In this document: one piece after another, positions 50,665 through 60,006 of the stretch
Layout: each line of letters starts with the position of its first letter
Numbering within the stretch: the first letter of the stretch is position 1
Notes under the pieces: generated by a model
The model's database searches: none
Told to the model about the DNA's origin: nothing
Seen by the model: the letters and a program-made list of their open reading frames with translations, nothing else
Assembly (NCBI GenBank): GCA_963749705.1
Contig: CAVVNQ010000003.1
Coordinates: 128,001 to 192,000, forward strand
Direction: 5' to 3'
DNA length: 64,000 nucleotides
From: an uncultured Chloroflexia bacterium
GTDB taxonomy: Bacteria > Chloroflexota > Limnocylindria > Limnocylindrales > CSP1-4
Made by a program: the position numbers and the translations under genes

Positions 50665-52248
50665 ATGGACGGAACCACCCTGGCCGCCGCGCTGACCGGG
50701 ATCGCGGCCGCGGCCGTCATCCGGACGACGATGCTGCCCACGCTCGGCGCCTGGGATACCGGCGAGGCCCAGGTCGTGCTGCCGACGCTGGGCACGATGC
50801 ATCCGACCGGGTTTCCGGCGTTCGTCGTGCTGGGCTGGCTGTTCTCGATCGTGTTCCGGCCGCTGGGAAGCCCCGCATTCCTCATGAACCTGATGTCGGT
50901 CGTGCTCGTCGGGGCGGCCACCGGCGGCATCGTCCTGGTGGGCCGTCGCCTGGGCGCGCCGCTGGCGATCGCGGTCGCGGTCGGGATCGGATTTGCCCTG
51001 ACGCCCCTGGTGTGGGCCATCGGGACCGCGGTCGACGTGCACGCGCTGCACCTGGCGCTGCTGGTCGCCGTGGTGCTCGGGCTGCTCCGCTGGGCGGCCC
51101 TGGTGGATCGATGGCGAGCGAGCGGGGACGACGCCCGGCTCGGGCGGCGGGCGGATCGCACGATCGTGGTCACCGCGGCGGTGTTCGGCCTCGCGCTCGC
51201 GAATCATGGCCTCGCAGTGCTGCTCATCCCGCCAGTCGGCCTGTACGTCCTCGCCGTCGAGCCACAGGTGCTCCGACGCCCCCGGCTCATCGTCGCGGCC
51301 CTGGGGGCATGCCTGGGCGTCGCTGCGCTGCTCTACCTCGAGCTCCCGCTCCGGGCCGGCATCTTCCGGGCGCCGCTCGTCTACGGCCACCCCGAGACCT
51401 GGAACGGCTTCTGGGAGATCATCATGGCCCGGCAGTTCCAGGCGGACGTCGTCGGCCCGCTGGCCGATCCGCTGGGCAAGGGGAAGGCCCTGCTGGACCT
51501 CGCGTCCGCCCAGTTCGGCCCGCTGCTCGCGCTGATCCCGCTGGGAATCCTGGCAACCGTGATCCGGCGGCCGCGATACGCGCTGCTGTCGGTCACGGCC
51601 ACGGCGATCACCTGCTTCTTCGCCGCCTCCTACGTCAATGCCCGGATCGACCGCTACTACCTGGGGCCGGTGTTCTTCTCCTGGACGTGGCTCGGGATCC
51701 TGGCCGATACGGCCGTGCGGCGCGTGCTCCGGGTCCGCGGCACGGACCGGGTGACGGGACCCGAGCCGGGCGGCGAGGATCTGCCGCCGCTGCCGCTCCC
51801 GGGTCGGCCACGGGCGAGCACGCTGGTCGCCATCGCCGTGGGGATCGCCCTGCTGGTGCCGACGATGGCCGGCCTCTCCACCCGCTGGCACACCCTGGAC
51901 CGGTCGCGCGAGACGTGGGTCGATACGTGGCTGAACCAGGCGTTCGCCGCCCTGGAGCCGAACGCGGTGGTGGTCTCGTGGTGGTCGTACTCGACGCCCC
52001 TGTGGTACGGCCAGCTGGTCGAGGGCCGCCGGCCGGACGTGTGGGTGGTCGATGATCGGACGCGCCTCGACCTGTACCTGGGTGAGGTCGATGACGTGAT
52101 CGACGCCAACCTCGGCCGGCGGCCGGTGTACGTCATGCGCGTGACAGAATCGGACGTGCAGGATCTCGCCAAGCGCTACGCGATCGAGCCCGTCGGTCGC
52201 CCGGGCAACCTGTATCGAGTGACGGGCCGGCAGGAGACCAGCCCGTGA
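50665..52248 (+). CDS. DUF2723 / TMEM260-like GT-C protein (putative protein O-mannosyltransferase)
   Basis: WDTGEAQ...LGTMHPTGFP matches the DUF2723 D.GE...HP.G.P pattern; ANH, YLELPLRA; start may be up to 63 nt upstream. Confidence 0.78.
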   Translation: MDGTTLAAALTGIAAAAVIRTTMLPTLGAWDTGEAQVVLPTLGTMHPTGFPAFVVLGWLFSIVFRPLGSPAFLMNLMSVVLVGAATGGIVLVGRRLGAPLAIAVAVGIGFALTPLVWAIGTAVDVHALHLALLVAVVLGLLRWAALVDRWRASGDDARLGRRADRTIVVTAAVFGLALANHGLAVLLIPPVGLYVLAVEPQVLRRPRLIVAALGACLGVAALLYLELPLRAGIFRAPLVYGHPETWNGFWEIIMARQFQADVVGPLADPLGKGKALLDLASAQFGPLLALIPLGILATVIRRPRYALLSVTATAITCFFAASYVNARIDRYYLGPVFFSWTWLGILADTAVRRVLRVRGTDRVTGPEPGGEDLPPLPLPGRPRASTLVAIAVGIALLVPTMAGLSTRWHTLDRSRETWVDTWLNQAFAALEPNAVVVSWWSYSTPLWYGQLVEGRRPDVWVVDDRTRLDLYLGEVDDVIDANLGRRPVYVMRVTESDVQDLAKRYAIEPVGRPGNLYRVTGRQETSP

Positions 52249-53036
52249 CGACGACCAGCGAAGGGACCCCGGCGGCGGCCCCGCACCGGGTGCCCCGCCT
52301 GTCCTACTTCTTCCCGGCCCACAACGAGGAGGCCAACCTCGAGGGGCTGGTCGAGGAGGCGCTCGAGGCGCTGCCGTCGCTCGCCGACGTGTTCGAGATC
52401 ATCGCCGTCGACGACGGGTCGCGAGACGGGACCGGCGAGATCGCGGATCGCCTGGCGGCCGCCCACCCGGACGTCGTGCGCGTCGTCCACCATCCCGTGA
52501 ACCGCGGGTATGGCGGCGCGGTCCGGTCGGGGTTCGAGGCGGCGCGCTACGAGCTGCTCGCGTTCACCGACGGTGATCGCCAGTTCCGGGTCGCCGACCT
52601 GGGGCTGCTCACGTCGCGCCTGACCGAGCCGGACGCGCCCGATGTCGTGGTCGGCTACCGCATCCGGCGGGCGGATCCGCTGATCCGGATCATCTACGCC
52701 CGCAGCTACAAGCTGGCAAACCGGATCTTCTTCGGCCTCCGGGTCCGCGACGTGGACTGCGCCGCCAAGCTGTTCCGGCGAGCGGCGCTCGAGGGGGTCC
52801 GGGTCGAATCCGGCGGCGCCTTCTTCTCGGCCGAGCTGCTGATCAAGGTCATCCTCGAGCGGCGCTCGATCGTCGAGGTCGGCGTCCCGCACTACCCGCG
52901 CACCGCCGGCTCCCCGACGGGCGCCCGACCGTCCGTCATCTGGCGCGCGGTCAAGGACTTCTGGAGCCTGCGGCTGCGGCTGTGGGCGAACCGGGAGCGG
53001 GCGCTGCGCCGGGGCCGCCCGATCCTGGGCGACTGA
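52245..53036 (+). CDS. GT2 polyprenol-phosphate glycosyl (mannose) synthase-like
   Basis: PAHNEE, VDDGSRDGT, NRGYGGA, FTDGDRQF, RDVDCAAKLFRR. Confidence 0.85.
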   Translation: MTTTSEGTPAAAPHRVPRLSYFFPAHNEEANLEGLVEEALEALPSLADVFEIIAVDDGSRDGTGEIADRLAAAHPDVVRVVHHPVNRGYGGAVRSGFEAARYELLAFTDGDRQFRVADLGLLTSRLTEPDAPDVVVGYRIRRADPLIRIIYARSYKLANRIFFGLRVRDVDCAAKLFRRAALEGVRVESGGAFFSAELLIKVILERRSIVEVGVPHYPRTAGSPTGARPSVIWRAVKDFWSLRLRLWANRERALRRGRPILGD

Positions 53037-53105
53037 CCCACCGGACCGCCTGGGGCCCGCGCCAGGCCCGCGCCGCGCCGGCTGGACGAACCGCCGGGTC
53101 TCGTG

Positions 53106-53702
53106 TCAGCTGGACGGGCCGGCGCCCCCTCGCTGGTCGCCCTCGGCGTCGAGCGAGTTCACGAACTCGCGGAAGATGTCCAGCCTGGTGGGATCGATCT
53201 TCTCGCCCGTGGCCTCGAGCGCGGCTCCCGCACGTCCCGCCCCACTCGCTTCGCCCCCCTCGTCGTCCGCATCCTGCGCCGAGTCCGCCCCGAGCGAGGC
53301 CTGGTCCAGCACGGCCGCGGCGGCGTAGATCGGCACGCCCATCCGGACGGCGAGCGCGATCGCATCCGAGGGACGCGCATCGATCTCGTGGCGGGCGTCG
53401 GGCTGGACGAGCACCAGCCGGGCGTGGAACGTCTCGTCCGCGAGCGAGGTGATCAGGACCCGGTCCAGGCGAACGCCGAGCTCGCCCAGAACGCCGGCGA
53501 ACAGGTCATGCGTGAGCGGACGCTCGGGCGTCAGGCCCTGCAGGCGCATCGCGATCGCGCTTGCCTCCCAGGGCCCGATCCAGATCGGCAGGTAGCGTTC
53601 GTGGGCGGCATCCTTGAGGATCACGACGTGGCGGCTCGAGAGCATGTGCACGCGCACGCTCTCGACGACCATCTCGATGTTGTCGGCGGGGTCGTCGGCC
53701 AT
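53106..53702 (-). CDS. Bifunctional nuclease family protein (DUF151)
   Basis: LPIWIGPWEA, RPLTHDL, DARPSDAIALA. Confidence 0.92.
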   Translation of the reverse strand: MADDPADNIEMVVESVRVHMLSSRHVVILKDAAHERYLPIWIGPWEASAIAMRLQGLTPERPLTHDLFAGVLGELGVRLDRVLITSLADETFHARLVLVQPDARHEIDARPSDAIALAVRMGVPIYAAAAVLDQASLGADSAQDADDEGGEASGAGRAGAALEATGEKIDPTRLDIFREFVNSLDAEGDQRGGAGPSS

Positions 53703-53753
53703 GCACCGATTATCCCACGACGGCGGGCGAGCCCGGCTGCGGCGTCCCCGGGG

Positions 53754-54455
53754 TCACCAGGCGCGTCGTGGGCCGCGCAGGCGGAGGGGCAGCGCCAGCA
53801 CGGCGCCCACGACGAATCCCCCGATGTGGGCGAACACGGCGACGCCGCCGCCGGTCCCGGTGGTGGCGCCGAGGGACCCGATGCCGTCGACGACCTGGAG
53901 CACGAACCAGAACCCGAGGACGATCACCGCCGGCACCGCGATCAGCTGGTAGAAGAAGCCCAGGAACACCAGCGACTGGACCCGGGCGCGCGGGTACAGG
54001 ACGAGGTAGGCGCCCAGCGCGGCCGAGATCGCGCCAGATGCGCCGATCATGGGCACCTCGGACGACGGGTCGATCAGGGTCTGGGCGGCCACGGCGGCGA
54101 CGCCGCCGAACAGGTAGAACACCAGGAACGCCGGGCGGCCCATCCGGTCCTCGACGTTGTTGCCGAAGATCCACAGGTACAGCAGGTTGCCCAGGAGATG
54201 GAGCCAGCCGGCGTGGAGGAACATGCTGGTGAACACGTCGAGCACGGGCCCGGAGATGAGGTCCCCGCGACCCAGCGCGGCCGCCAGCTCGGCGGGCACC
54301 ACGCCGTGATCGTCGACGAACCTCGCCAGGGCGTCGTCGCCGCCCTGGGCGAGCACGCCCAGCTCCCACGCGAACGCGATCGCGCAGGCGGCGACGATCG
54401 CGATCGTCACGACCGGCAACCGCCGCGTCGGGTTCGCGTCGCGGAGCGGGATCAC
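53754..54455 (-). CDS. Rhomboid intramembrane serine protease
   Basis: IPLRD, SMFLHAGWLHLLGN, GASGA, AHIGGF; start GTG 54455. Confidence 0.93.
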   Translation of the reverse strand: MIPLRDANPTRRLPVVTIAIVAACAIAFAWELGVLAQGGDDALARFVDDHGVVPAELAAALGRGDLISGPVLDVFTSMFLHAGWLHLLGNLLYLWIFGNNVEDRMGRPAFLVFYLFGGVAAVAAQTLIDPSSEVPMIGASGAISAALGAYLVLYPRARVQSLVFLGFFYQLIAVPAVIVLGFWFVLQVVDGIGSLGATTGTGGGVAVFAHIGGFVVGAVLALPLRLRGPRRAW

Positions 54456-54471
54456 CGGCCGGCGGCCCCGC

Positions 54472-56784
54472 TCACGGCTTGGCGGTGGCCTTGGTCGTCC
54501 CGTCCGGGGAGGGCGCCGAGGAGTCTCCCGCGGACGACGCCGGCGACGGTGTCGCGATGGCCGTCGCGTCCTCGAGGGTGGTGGTATGGAGGCCGGTGGA
54601 CGAGATCCACCACATCGTCGGAGGCGTGGTCGGGTCGGAGCCGGGCAGCACGACCATCCCGAGCAGGTCCGACCAGGGCTCCTCGCCGTCCGCGGGCCGG
54701 TACTGTGCGATGTACGAGCCATTCGCCTTGCTGAACGCGACGAGCCGATCGTTGATCGAGTCGAACGCGTAGAGCGCCCCGTCGCGACGGCTCGAGGAGC
54801 CGTCGGACTTGCTCGGCGAGGACAGCCAGACGTAGCGAGAGGTCGGGCGCAGGAGCGTGTCGTCCGGGGGCTTCGCCTCCCAGCCGGTCGCCGGGATGAC
54901 CCTCGCGACACCGCCGTCCTCGGCCACGAAGATGTCCCCGTCGATCAGCAGGTCGGTGATCCCGTCGACGGGGCGATCGGTGGGCAGCCGGCCCGTCGGC
55001 GGCACCGGGTAGCCGGATCCATCGTTGGCGGGCGACAGGACCATGATGTTCTGCTCGGATGGATCGACGATGTAGAGCTTGTAGAAGCCGGCGTCGAAGT
55101 TGGAAACGAACGTCGCGATCGCGCGGATGTCGTTGCCCCACGACGCGGAGTCGACGACCGGGATCTTGCGCAGCGTCCCCTTTCCCGAGCTGTTGGTCGG
55201 GCGCCACCGCCAGAGCACGTTCTTGGAGTCGAGGATCAGGACGTCGAGCCCGCCCACGGCCAGGAAGGCGGGGTCCGCCACGGTCACGCCCGACACCTTC
55301 TGCCCGGCGCGGGCGACCGCGGTTGCGGTCTTCTTCGCGAGATCGATCCGCCACACCGTCTTGGCGGCGGTGTCGAGCACGTACGGCGCCCCGTCGGATC
55401 CGCGCACGATGGAGCTCAGCGAAACCGGCCCCTTGTCCGTGGGAAACGTGAACAGGGTGGTCGACCGCACGGGAACGACGCCATACAGCTTGTCCAGCCC
55501 GGCGATCGTCCGGGCGCGCAGCGGGCCGATCTCCGAGGTGGGGTATCCCGCGTTGGCCGCCTTGGACAGCTCCGAGTAGCTCGTCTTGAGCAGGTCGAGC
55601 GCCCGGTGTGGGTCGTCGGCGATCAGGTCGATCCCCGGTCCGCTGACCTGGTCGAGCGCGGTCCGGGCCGCCTCGAACGCCTGCTGGGCGACGGTGATCG
55701 ACTTGACGGCGTCCGCGGGCTGCTTCTGGCCCCCGAAGGCGTACACGGCGAGCCCGAGGGTTGCGGCGAGCCCGACGAACGCGAGCAGCGCGACCGCCGC
55801 GCGCCGCTGGGTCTCCATCCGGCTTGCGGCCGCCGTGACGCGCGTCACCGGCGGCCGGCGGCGGGGCAGCAGGTCCTGGAACCGCCACACGGCGCGCTGG
55901 AAGCTGGTTCCGGCCGCGCTCCTGGCCTTGGTCGCGCCGGCACCGATCGCGGCGGCGCCGGCGGTCACCGAATCCGCGAGCGGGATCGGCGACCGGTCCG
56001 GGACCCCCGCCAGCGGCTCGGCCGGACGGACGGGCACCAGCGTCCGTGACTTGTAGGTCGCGCCAACCTCGGTGGCCTCGAACGCGAGGGCGCCGTCACT
56101 GCCCCGACCCTCGGCCGCCACGAACCGTGCGTGCAGGTGCTCGACGGCCGACTGCGGATGCAGCGTGACCAGCGCGTCCTTGAGGGGGTCGGTCCCGATC
56201 CGGCCGACGACGTTCGCCGACACCAGGCACAGCGAGTCGCCCACCGACAGCTCGCCCCGCCACACGTCGGGCTCGACATCCTCGGCCGGGAGCCCCCGGT
56301 CCCGATACGGGTCGGGCAGCGTGGACAGCCGCGCCTGGCGGATCAGGTACGCCTCCGCCGGACCCACCGTCGCGACGTACAGCTCCCGGCCGCGCACCAC
56401 CGCGACCGCCACCCCGACCGGGCCGGCCCCGTCGGCCTGGTGCCCGAGGCCGAGGCGGTCCCGCTGGTGTCCGAGGCGCTTGTTGGCCACGCCGAGCGCC
56501 TTCGTGAGGCACTGGCGGATCCCGGCCGACTCGTCGTAGTAGTACTCGTTGCGGATCGTGTCCGCGATGATCCGGGTCGCCTCGCGGGCCCGGCTCGTGG
56601 ACAGGCGGCAGGTCACCAGCAGGTACAGGTTGCCCTTGGTTCGCGAGATCGAGCCGATCGACGGCTCAACGACGACGACCGTGTCCGGCGAATCGGGCAG
56701 CCGGTCCTGCTCCGTGACGGCGCCGAGCTTCAGCTGGAGACGGACGGCCAAGAGCAACCCCTCGTTGGGTGTGATGGTGCGCAT
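54472..56784 (-). CDS. Membrane protein: degenerate PP2C-like domain, TM helix, extracellular beta-propeller-like domain
   Basis: LYVATVGPAEAYLIR and GDSLCLVS resemble the PP2C core without catalytic Asp; repeated YVLD/ILD/YIVD blades; start may be TTG 56751. Confidence 0.65.
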   Translation of the reverse strand: MRTITPNEGLLLAVRLQLKLGAVTEQDRLPDSPDTVVVVEPSIGSISRTKGNLYLLVTCRLSTSRAREATRIIADTIRNEYYYDESAGIRQCLTKALGVANKRLGHQRDRLGLGHQADGAGPVGVAVAVVRGRELYVATVGPAEAYLIRQARLSTLPDPYRDRGLPAEDVEPDVWRGELSVGDSLCLVSANVVGRIGTDPLKDALVTLHPQSAVEHLHARFVAAEGRGSDGALAFEATEVGATYKSRTLVPVRPAEPLAGVPDRSPIPLADSVTAGAAAIGAGATKARSAAGTSFQRAVWRFQDLLPRRRPPVTRVTAAASRMETQRRAAVALLAFVGLAATLGLAVYAFGGQKQPADAVKSITVAQQAFEAARTALDQVSGPGIDLIADDPHRALDLLKTSYSELSKAANAGYPTSEIGPLRARTIAGLDKLYGVVPVRSTTLFTFPTDKGPVSLSSIVRGSDGAPYVLDTAAKTVWRIDLAKKTATAVARAGQKVSGVTVADPAFLAVGGLDVLILDSKNVLWRWRPTNSSGKGTLRKIPVVDSASWGNDIRAIATFVSNFDAGFYKLYIVDPSEQNIMVLSPANDGSGYPVPPTGRLPTDRPVDGITDLLIDGDIFVAEDGGVARVIPATGWEAKPPDDTLLRPTSRYVWLSSPSKSDGSSSRRDGALYAFDSINDRLVAFSKANGSYIAQYRPADGEEPWSDLLGMVVLPGSDPTTPPTMWWISSTGLHTTTLEDATAIATPSPASSAGDSSAPSPDGTTKATAKP

Positions 56785-56830
56785 CGCGGCGCTCGCGTGG
56801 CACGACCGGAGCGCCGGCGGGGGAGTCGGA

Positions 56831-57208
56831 TTATACGCGGCTGCCCGGGCCCGCCTCCGAGCCGCCTTCCCGGGCTCCGATGAGGCGCAGCCGGCGCGTC
56901 CGATGCCCGCCCGGAGCCTCGGCGAACGCGGCCAGCAGCTCGAGGGCACGCATGCGGAGCTCGGCCGCGACGATGGGCTCGTCGACCGCGACGACGACCG
57001 CATCCGCCTCCAGGCGGACCAGCCGGCAGGCGCCGACCGCCGGCGGGACCCGCTCGGCGATCAGGGCGTCCCAGGTCGTGATCGCGCGTGCGAGCCGGAG
57101 CTCGTCGCCCAGCCCGAGCCGGCGGGCGGCCTCGGGCAGGAGGTCGCCCAGGCGCTCGGGTCGTCGCCGCCGGACGGCGTCACGGTCCTCCGGGTCGCGG
57201 TCGCTCAT
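56831..57208 (-). CDS. DUF721/DciA family protein
   Basis: ERLGDLL...LARAITTWDALI...AELRM; directly downstream of recF with ATGA overlap. Confidence 0.78.
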   Translation of the reverse strand: MSDRDPEDRDAVRRRRPERLGDLLPEAARRLGLGDELRLARAITTWDALIAERVPPAVGACRLVRLEADAVVVAVDEPIVAAELRMRALELLAAFAEAPGGHRTRRLRLIGAREGGSEAGPGSRV

Positions 57209-58377
57209 CCGCCTCGCTCCAGCCGGGCCGGGCCGCCACCGGGGGCCGCGACCTCCCACGCGACGCCGACGGAGCGGAGCGCCGGATCGAGGTCGTCGAG
57301 CGTCGTCGTCGTGACGAACGCCTGGGGCAGCGCCGAGATGCGGCGGACGAGATGGGCGCGCCGGTCCGGGTCAAGCTCCGAGAACACGTCGTCGAGCAGG
57401 AGCAGCGGCGGGTGCCCGTCGAGCGCGGTCAGCAGGTCCACCTCGGCCAGCTTGAAGGCAAGGATCGCCGTCCGCTGCTGGCCGCGCGAAGCGAACGAGA
57501 TCAGCGGGCGGCCGTCGAGCTCGAACACGGCGTCGTCGCGATGCGGCCCCACCAGCGTGGACCCGTTCCAGATCTCCTTGTCGGCCGTCTCGGCCAGCCG
57601 GCGGGCGAGCGCATCACGTGGTGACTCACCGGGCTGTTGCGGGGCATTGCCGGCGTACCGCAGCGTCAGTCGCCCGGCCGCCGCCTCGTCGGGCGCGATC
57701 TCGGCGTGCGCCGCCGCGAGCGGACCCTCCAGCGCCTCGAACAACCGGAGGCGCTCGTCGAGCACCGCGCCGCCGGCGTCGATCAGCGACGCATCCCAGA
57801 ACCGCAGCTCGCCTCGTGTCGCCTGGTCCTCGCGAATCAGGCGCAGCAGGCCGTTCCGCTGCTGGAGCGCCCGGCCGTAGGTCGACAGGTCGCGGGCGTA
57901 GGCCTGGGACCGCTGGCCGGCGAGACGGTCGATCGCGTCCCGGCGCAGCGACGGGGAGCCGGCGATGAGCTGCATCTCCTCCGGCGCGAACATGACGGCT
58001 CGCAGCACGCCCACGAGCGCGGCGGCGCGACGGGGGACGCCGTTGACGCGGATTCGCTTGCGGGCTCCACCGCTCGCGGTGCGCACCAGGGCGACCTCCA
58101 GGAGCGCTCCGTCGTCGGGCCCGCCACCGGCCGGCGTCACCTGCGCCTCGATCCGGGCGAGCTCCTGGTTCCACCGCACGAGCTCGCCGTCGGCCGTCGT
58201 CCGGTGCGATCGGCCCCAGGCGACCAGAACGATCGCCTCGAGCAGGCTCGTCTTGCCTGCGGCATTCGGTCCCCAGACCAGCTGCGGCCCCTCGCCGAAG
58301 GCGACATCGAGCGACGCGTAGCCGCGCAGATCCCGGATCGAGAGCCCCTGCAGGATCGGGGCGCGGGTATCCGTCAG
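57205..58377 (-). CDS. recF: DNA replication/repair protein RecF (probable CTG start)
   Basis: Frame extends to IRDLRGY...GPNAAGKTSLLEAI; GPHRDD, SRGQQR, LLLDDVFSELD. Confidence 0.94.
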   Translation of the reverse strand: MTDTRAPILQGLSIRDLRGYASLDVAFGEGPQLVWGPNAAGKTSLLEAIVLVAWGRSHRTTADGELVRWNQELARIEAQVTPAGGGPDDGALLEVALVRTASGGARKRIRVNGVPRRAAALVGVLRAVMFAPEEMQLIAGSPSLRRDAIDRLAGQRSQAYARDLSTYGRALQQRNGLLRLIREDQATRGELRFWDASLIDAGGAVLDERLRLFEALEGPLAAAHAEIAPDEAAAGRLTLRYAGNAPQQPGESPRDALARRLAETADKEIWNGSTLVGPHRDDAVFELDGRPLISFASRGQQRTAILAFKLAEVDLLTALDGHPPLLLLDDVFSELDPDRRAHLVRRISALPQAFVTTTTLDDLDPALRSVGVAWEVAAPGGGPARLERGG

Positions 58378-59492
58378 GAGGTGGTCCGAACCGGCATCAC
58401 GACGTGCACGTACGCGTCGTCACCCACCGGGCGGAACACGCCGGGCGACAGCGGTCCGTTGAGCTCGAGCGCGAACCGGTCCACCGGGACGTTGCTCAGG
58501 ACGTCGTTCAGGTAGCGGGCATTGAAGGCGATCGTGGTCGGATCACCCTCGACGGCCGCCTCGACGTCCCCCGTGTAGTCGCCGACCTCGGCGGTCGCGG
58601 TGACCACGATGCCCGCGCCGTCCTCGCCCCCGACGGACAGCTTGACGATGTTCGCGGAGGAGCTTGCGATCAGGGCGGCGGGGCGCACGGCACGCAGCAG
58701 CTCCTCGCGGTCGAACTCGGCCCGCGCGGCGTGTGTGGCCGGGAGCACCTGCTGGTAGTTCGGGAACTGGCCGTCGATGAGCCGCGACACCAGGTCGACG
58801 CCGTCGAGATGGAACAGGACCTGGTTTCGTGCCTGCGCGAGCACCAGCTCGACGGGATCGTCGGTGTCCGCAAGGACGCGGCCGAGCTCGCCCAGCGCCC
58901 GGCCGGGGATGACCACGGACGCCGCCTCGACGGGATCCAGGATGTCGATGGTGCGAACGGCGATCCGGTAGTTGTCGGCGGCGGCGAGCGTCAGCCGGCT
59001 GCCCTCGAACCTGGCCAGGACGCCGGTCAGGATCGGTCTGGCCTCGTCGCTCGCGGCCGCGAACACGGTCTCGTCGAGGGCGCGCTTGAGGACCTTCTGG
59101 GCAACCCTGGTGGTCGGCCGCTCGCCGGCCGTCTGGATCGTCGGGAACTCGTCGGCGTCGATCCCCTTGACGTGCGTGGCGAACCGGCCGCAGCGGAGGT
59201 GCAGGGTGTCCGCACCCTGGAGCTCGAGGTCGACGCGCTCGGAGCCCGGCAACGAGCTGACCAGGTCGGTGAGCAGCCGGGCGGGGACGGTCGTCGCGCC
59301 GTCCGTCTCGATCTTGCCGGGGACCCAGTAGGTGATCCCGATCTCGAGGTTCGTCGCGGTCAGCTTGAGGCCCGCATCCTCGGTTCGGAGGAGCACGTTG
59401 GCGAGCACGGGCAGGGTGCTTCGGCTGGAGACGGCTCGCGAGACCACCGACAGGCCGCGAGCGAGGTTCTCCTGCATGACCGAGAGTTTCAC
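58374..59492 (-). CDS. dnaN: DNA polymerase III beta clamp
   Basis: ATNLEI, RPILTGV, SRLIDGQFPNY, FNARYL, VVMPVR. Confidence 0.97.
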   Translation of the reverse strand: MKLSVMQENLARGLSVVSRAVSSRSTLPVLANVLLRTEDAGLKLTATNLEIGITYWVPGKIETDGATTVPARLLTDLVSSLPGSERVDLELQGADTLHLRCGRFATHVKGIDADEFPTIQTAGERPTTRVAQKVLKRALDETVFAAASDEARPILTGVLARFEGSRLTLAAADNYRIAVRTIDILDPVEAASVVIPGRALGELGRVLADTDDPVELVLAQARNQVLFHLDGVDLVSRLIDGQFPNYQQVLPATHAARAEFDREELLRAVRPAALIASSSANIVKLSVGGEDGAGIVVTATAEVGDYTGDVEAAVEGDPTTIAFNARYLNDVLSNVPVDRFALELNGPLSPGVFRPVGDDAYVHVVMPVRTTS

Positions 59493-59599
59493 GTCGTGTC
59501 GTCTCCAAGCAGCTCGGGGCGGGGAATCAGCCAGGCCGCGGTCGTCGGTGTCCCGGTGCGACGACGATGCGTCCGCATCCGCGAGGTCGATCCTTTGGT

Positions 59600-59935
59600 G
59601 GAGTGGTCGTCCTTATCTTCTCATTCCGTCATCACCATCATCATGCCGTGGATCCGGTGGACGGGCGAGCACGTTCGTGCGGGACGGGCGCGTGGACGGC
59701 CGGCCGGTCACGGTGGACCGGCGGCCGGAAACGCGGGAGCGGCGCGGGTATCCGGCGTGGGTAACGCGGCGATCGCCGTCAGGTTATCCACGCGGGCCCG
59801 GCTGACGGGCGAGCGGTCCACCGCCGGATCCCCCATCGGGGCCTCGGTGCTCCACGGGTCACCGGTCTTGTCCACGGGTTGTCCGCAGCCCGAGCCCGCG
59901 GCCGGTCGCGCGCGGATGCACAGATCCCACGGCGG
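59600..59935. other. Replication origin oriC (dnaA-dnaN intergenic) with DnaA boxes and DnaA-trio-like repeats
   Basis: TTATCCACG 59784-59792, TTGTCCACG 59868-59876, TTGTCCGCA 59879-59887, TTACCCACG (- strand, ~59756-59764); CAT-CAC-CAT-CAT-CAT 59630-59644 next to a box pair. Confidence 0.82.
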
Positions 59936-60006
59936 GATGACCCGGATGGATGGACAGCGAAGACGCAGGGAGCCCGCGGTGCCGGTCGCCGGGGCGGCTC
60001 GGCGAA

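Noticed and set aside
49089-51173. N-terminal ~695 aa of the 2499-aa ORF
   Set aside because: Antisense to two real plus-strand genes; AGGAGG RBS with GTG at 49088 and a TATACT -10 mark the true start
59629-59644. Poly-His mini-ORF (59567-59764) or microsatellite
   Set aside because: The CAT repeats are better explained as DnaA-trios within oriC
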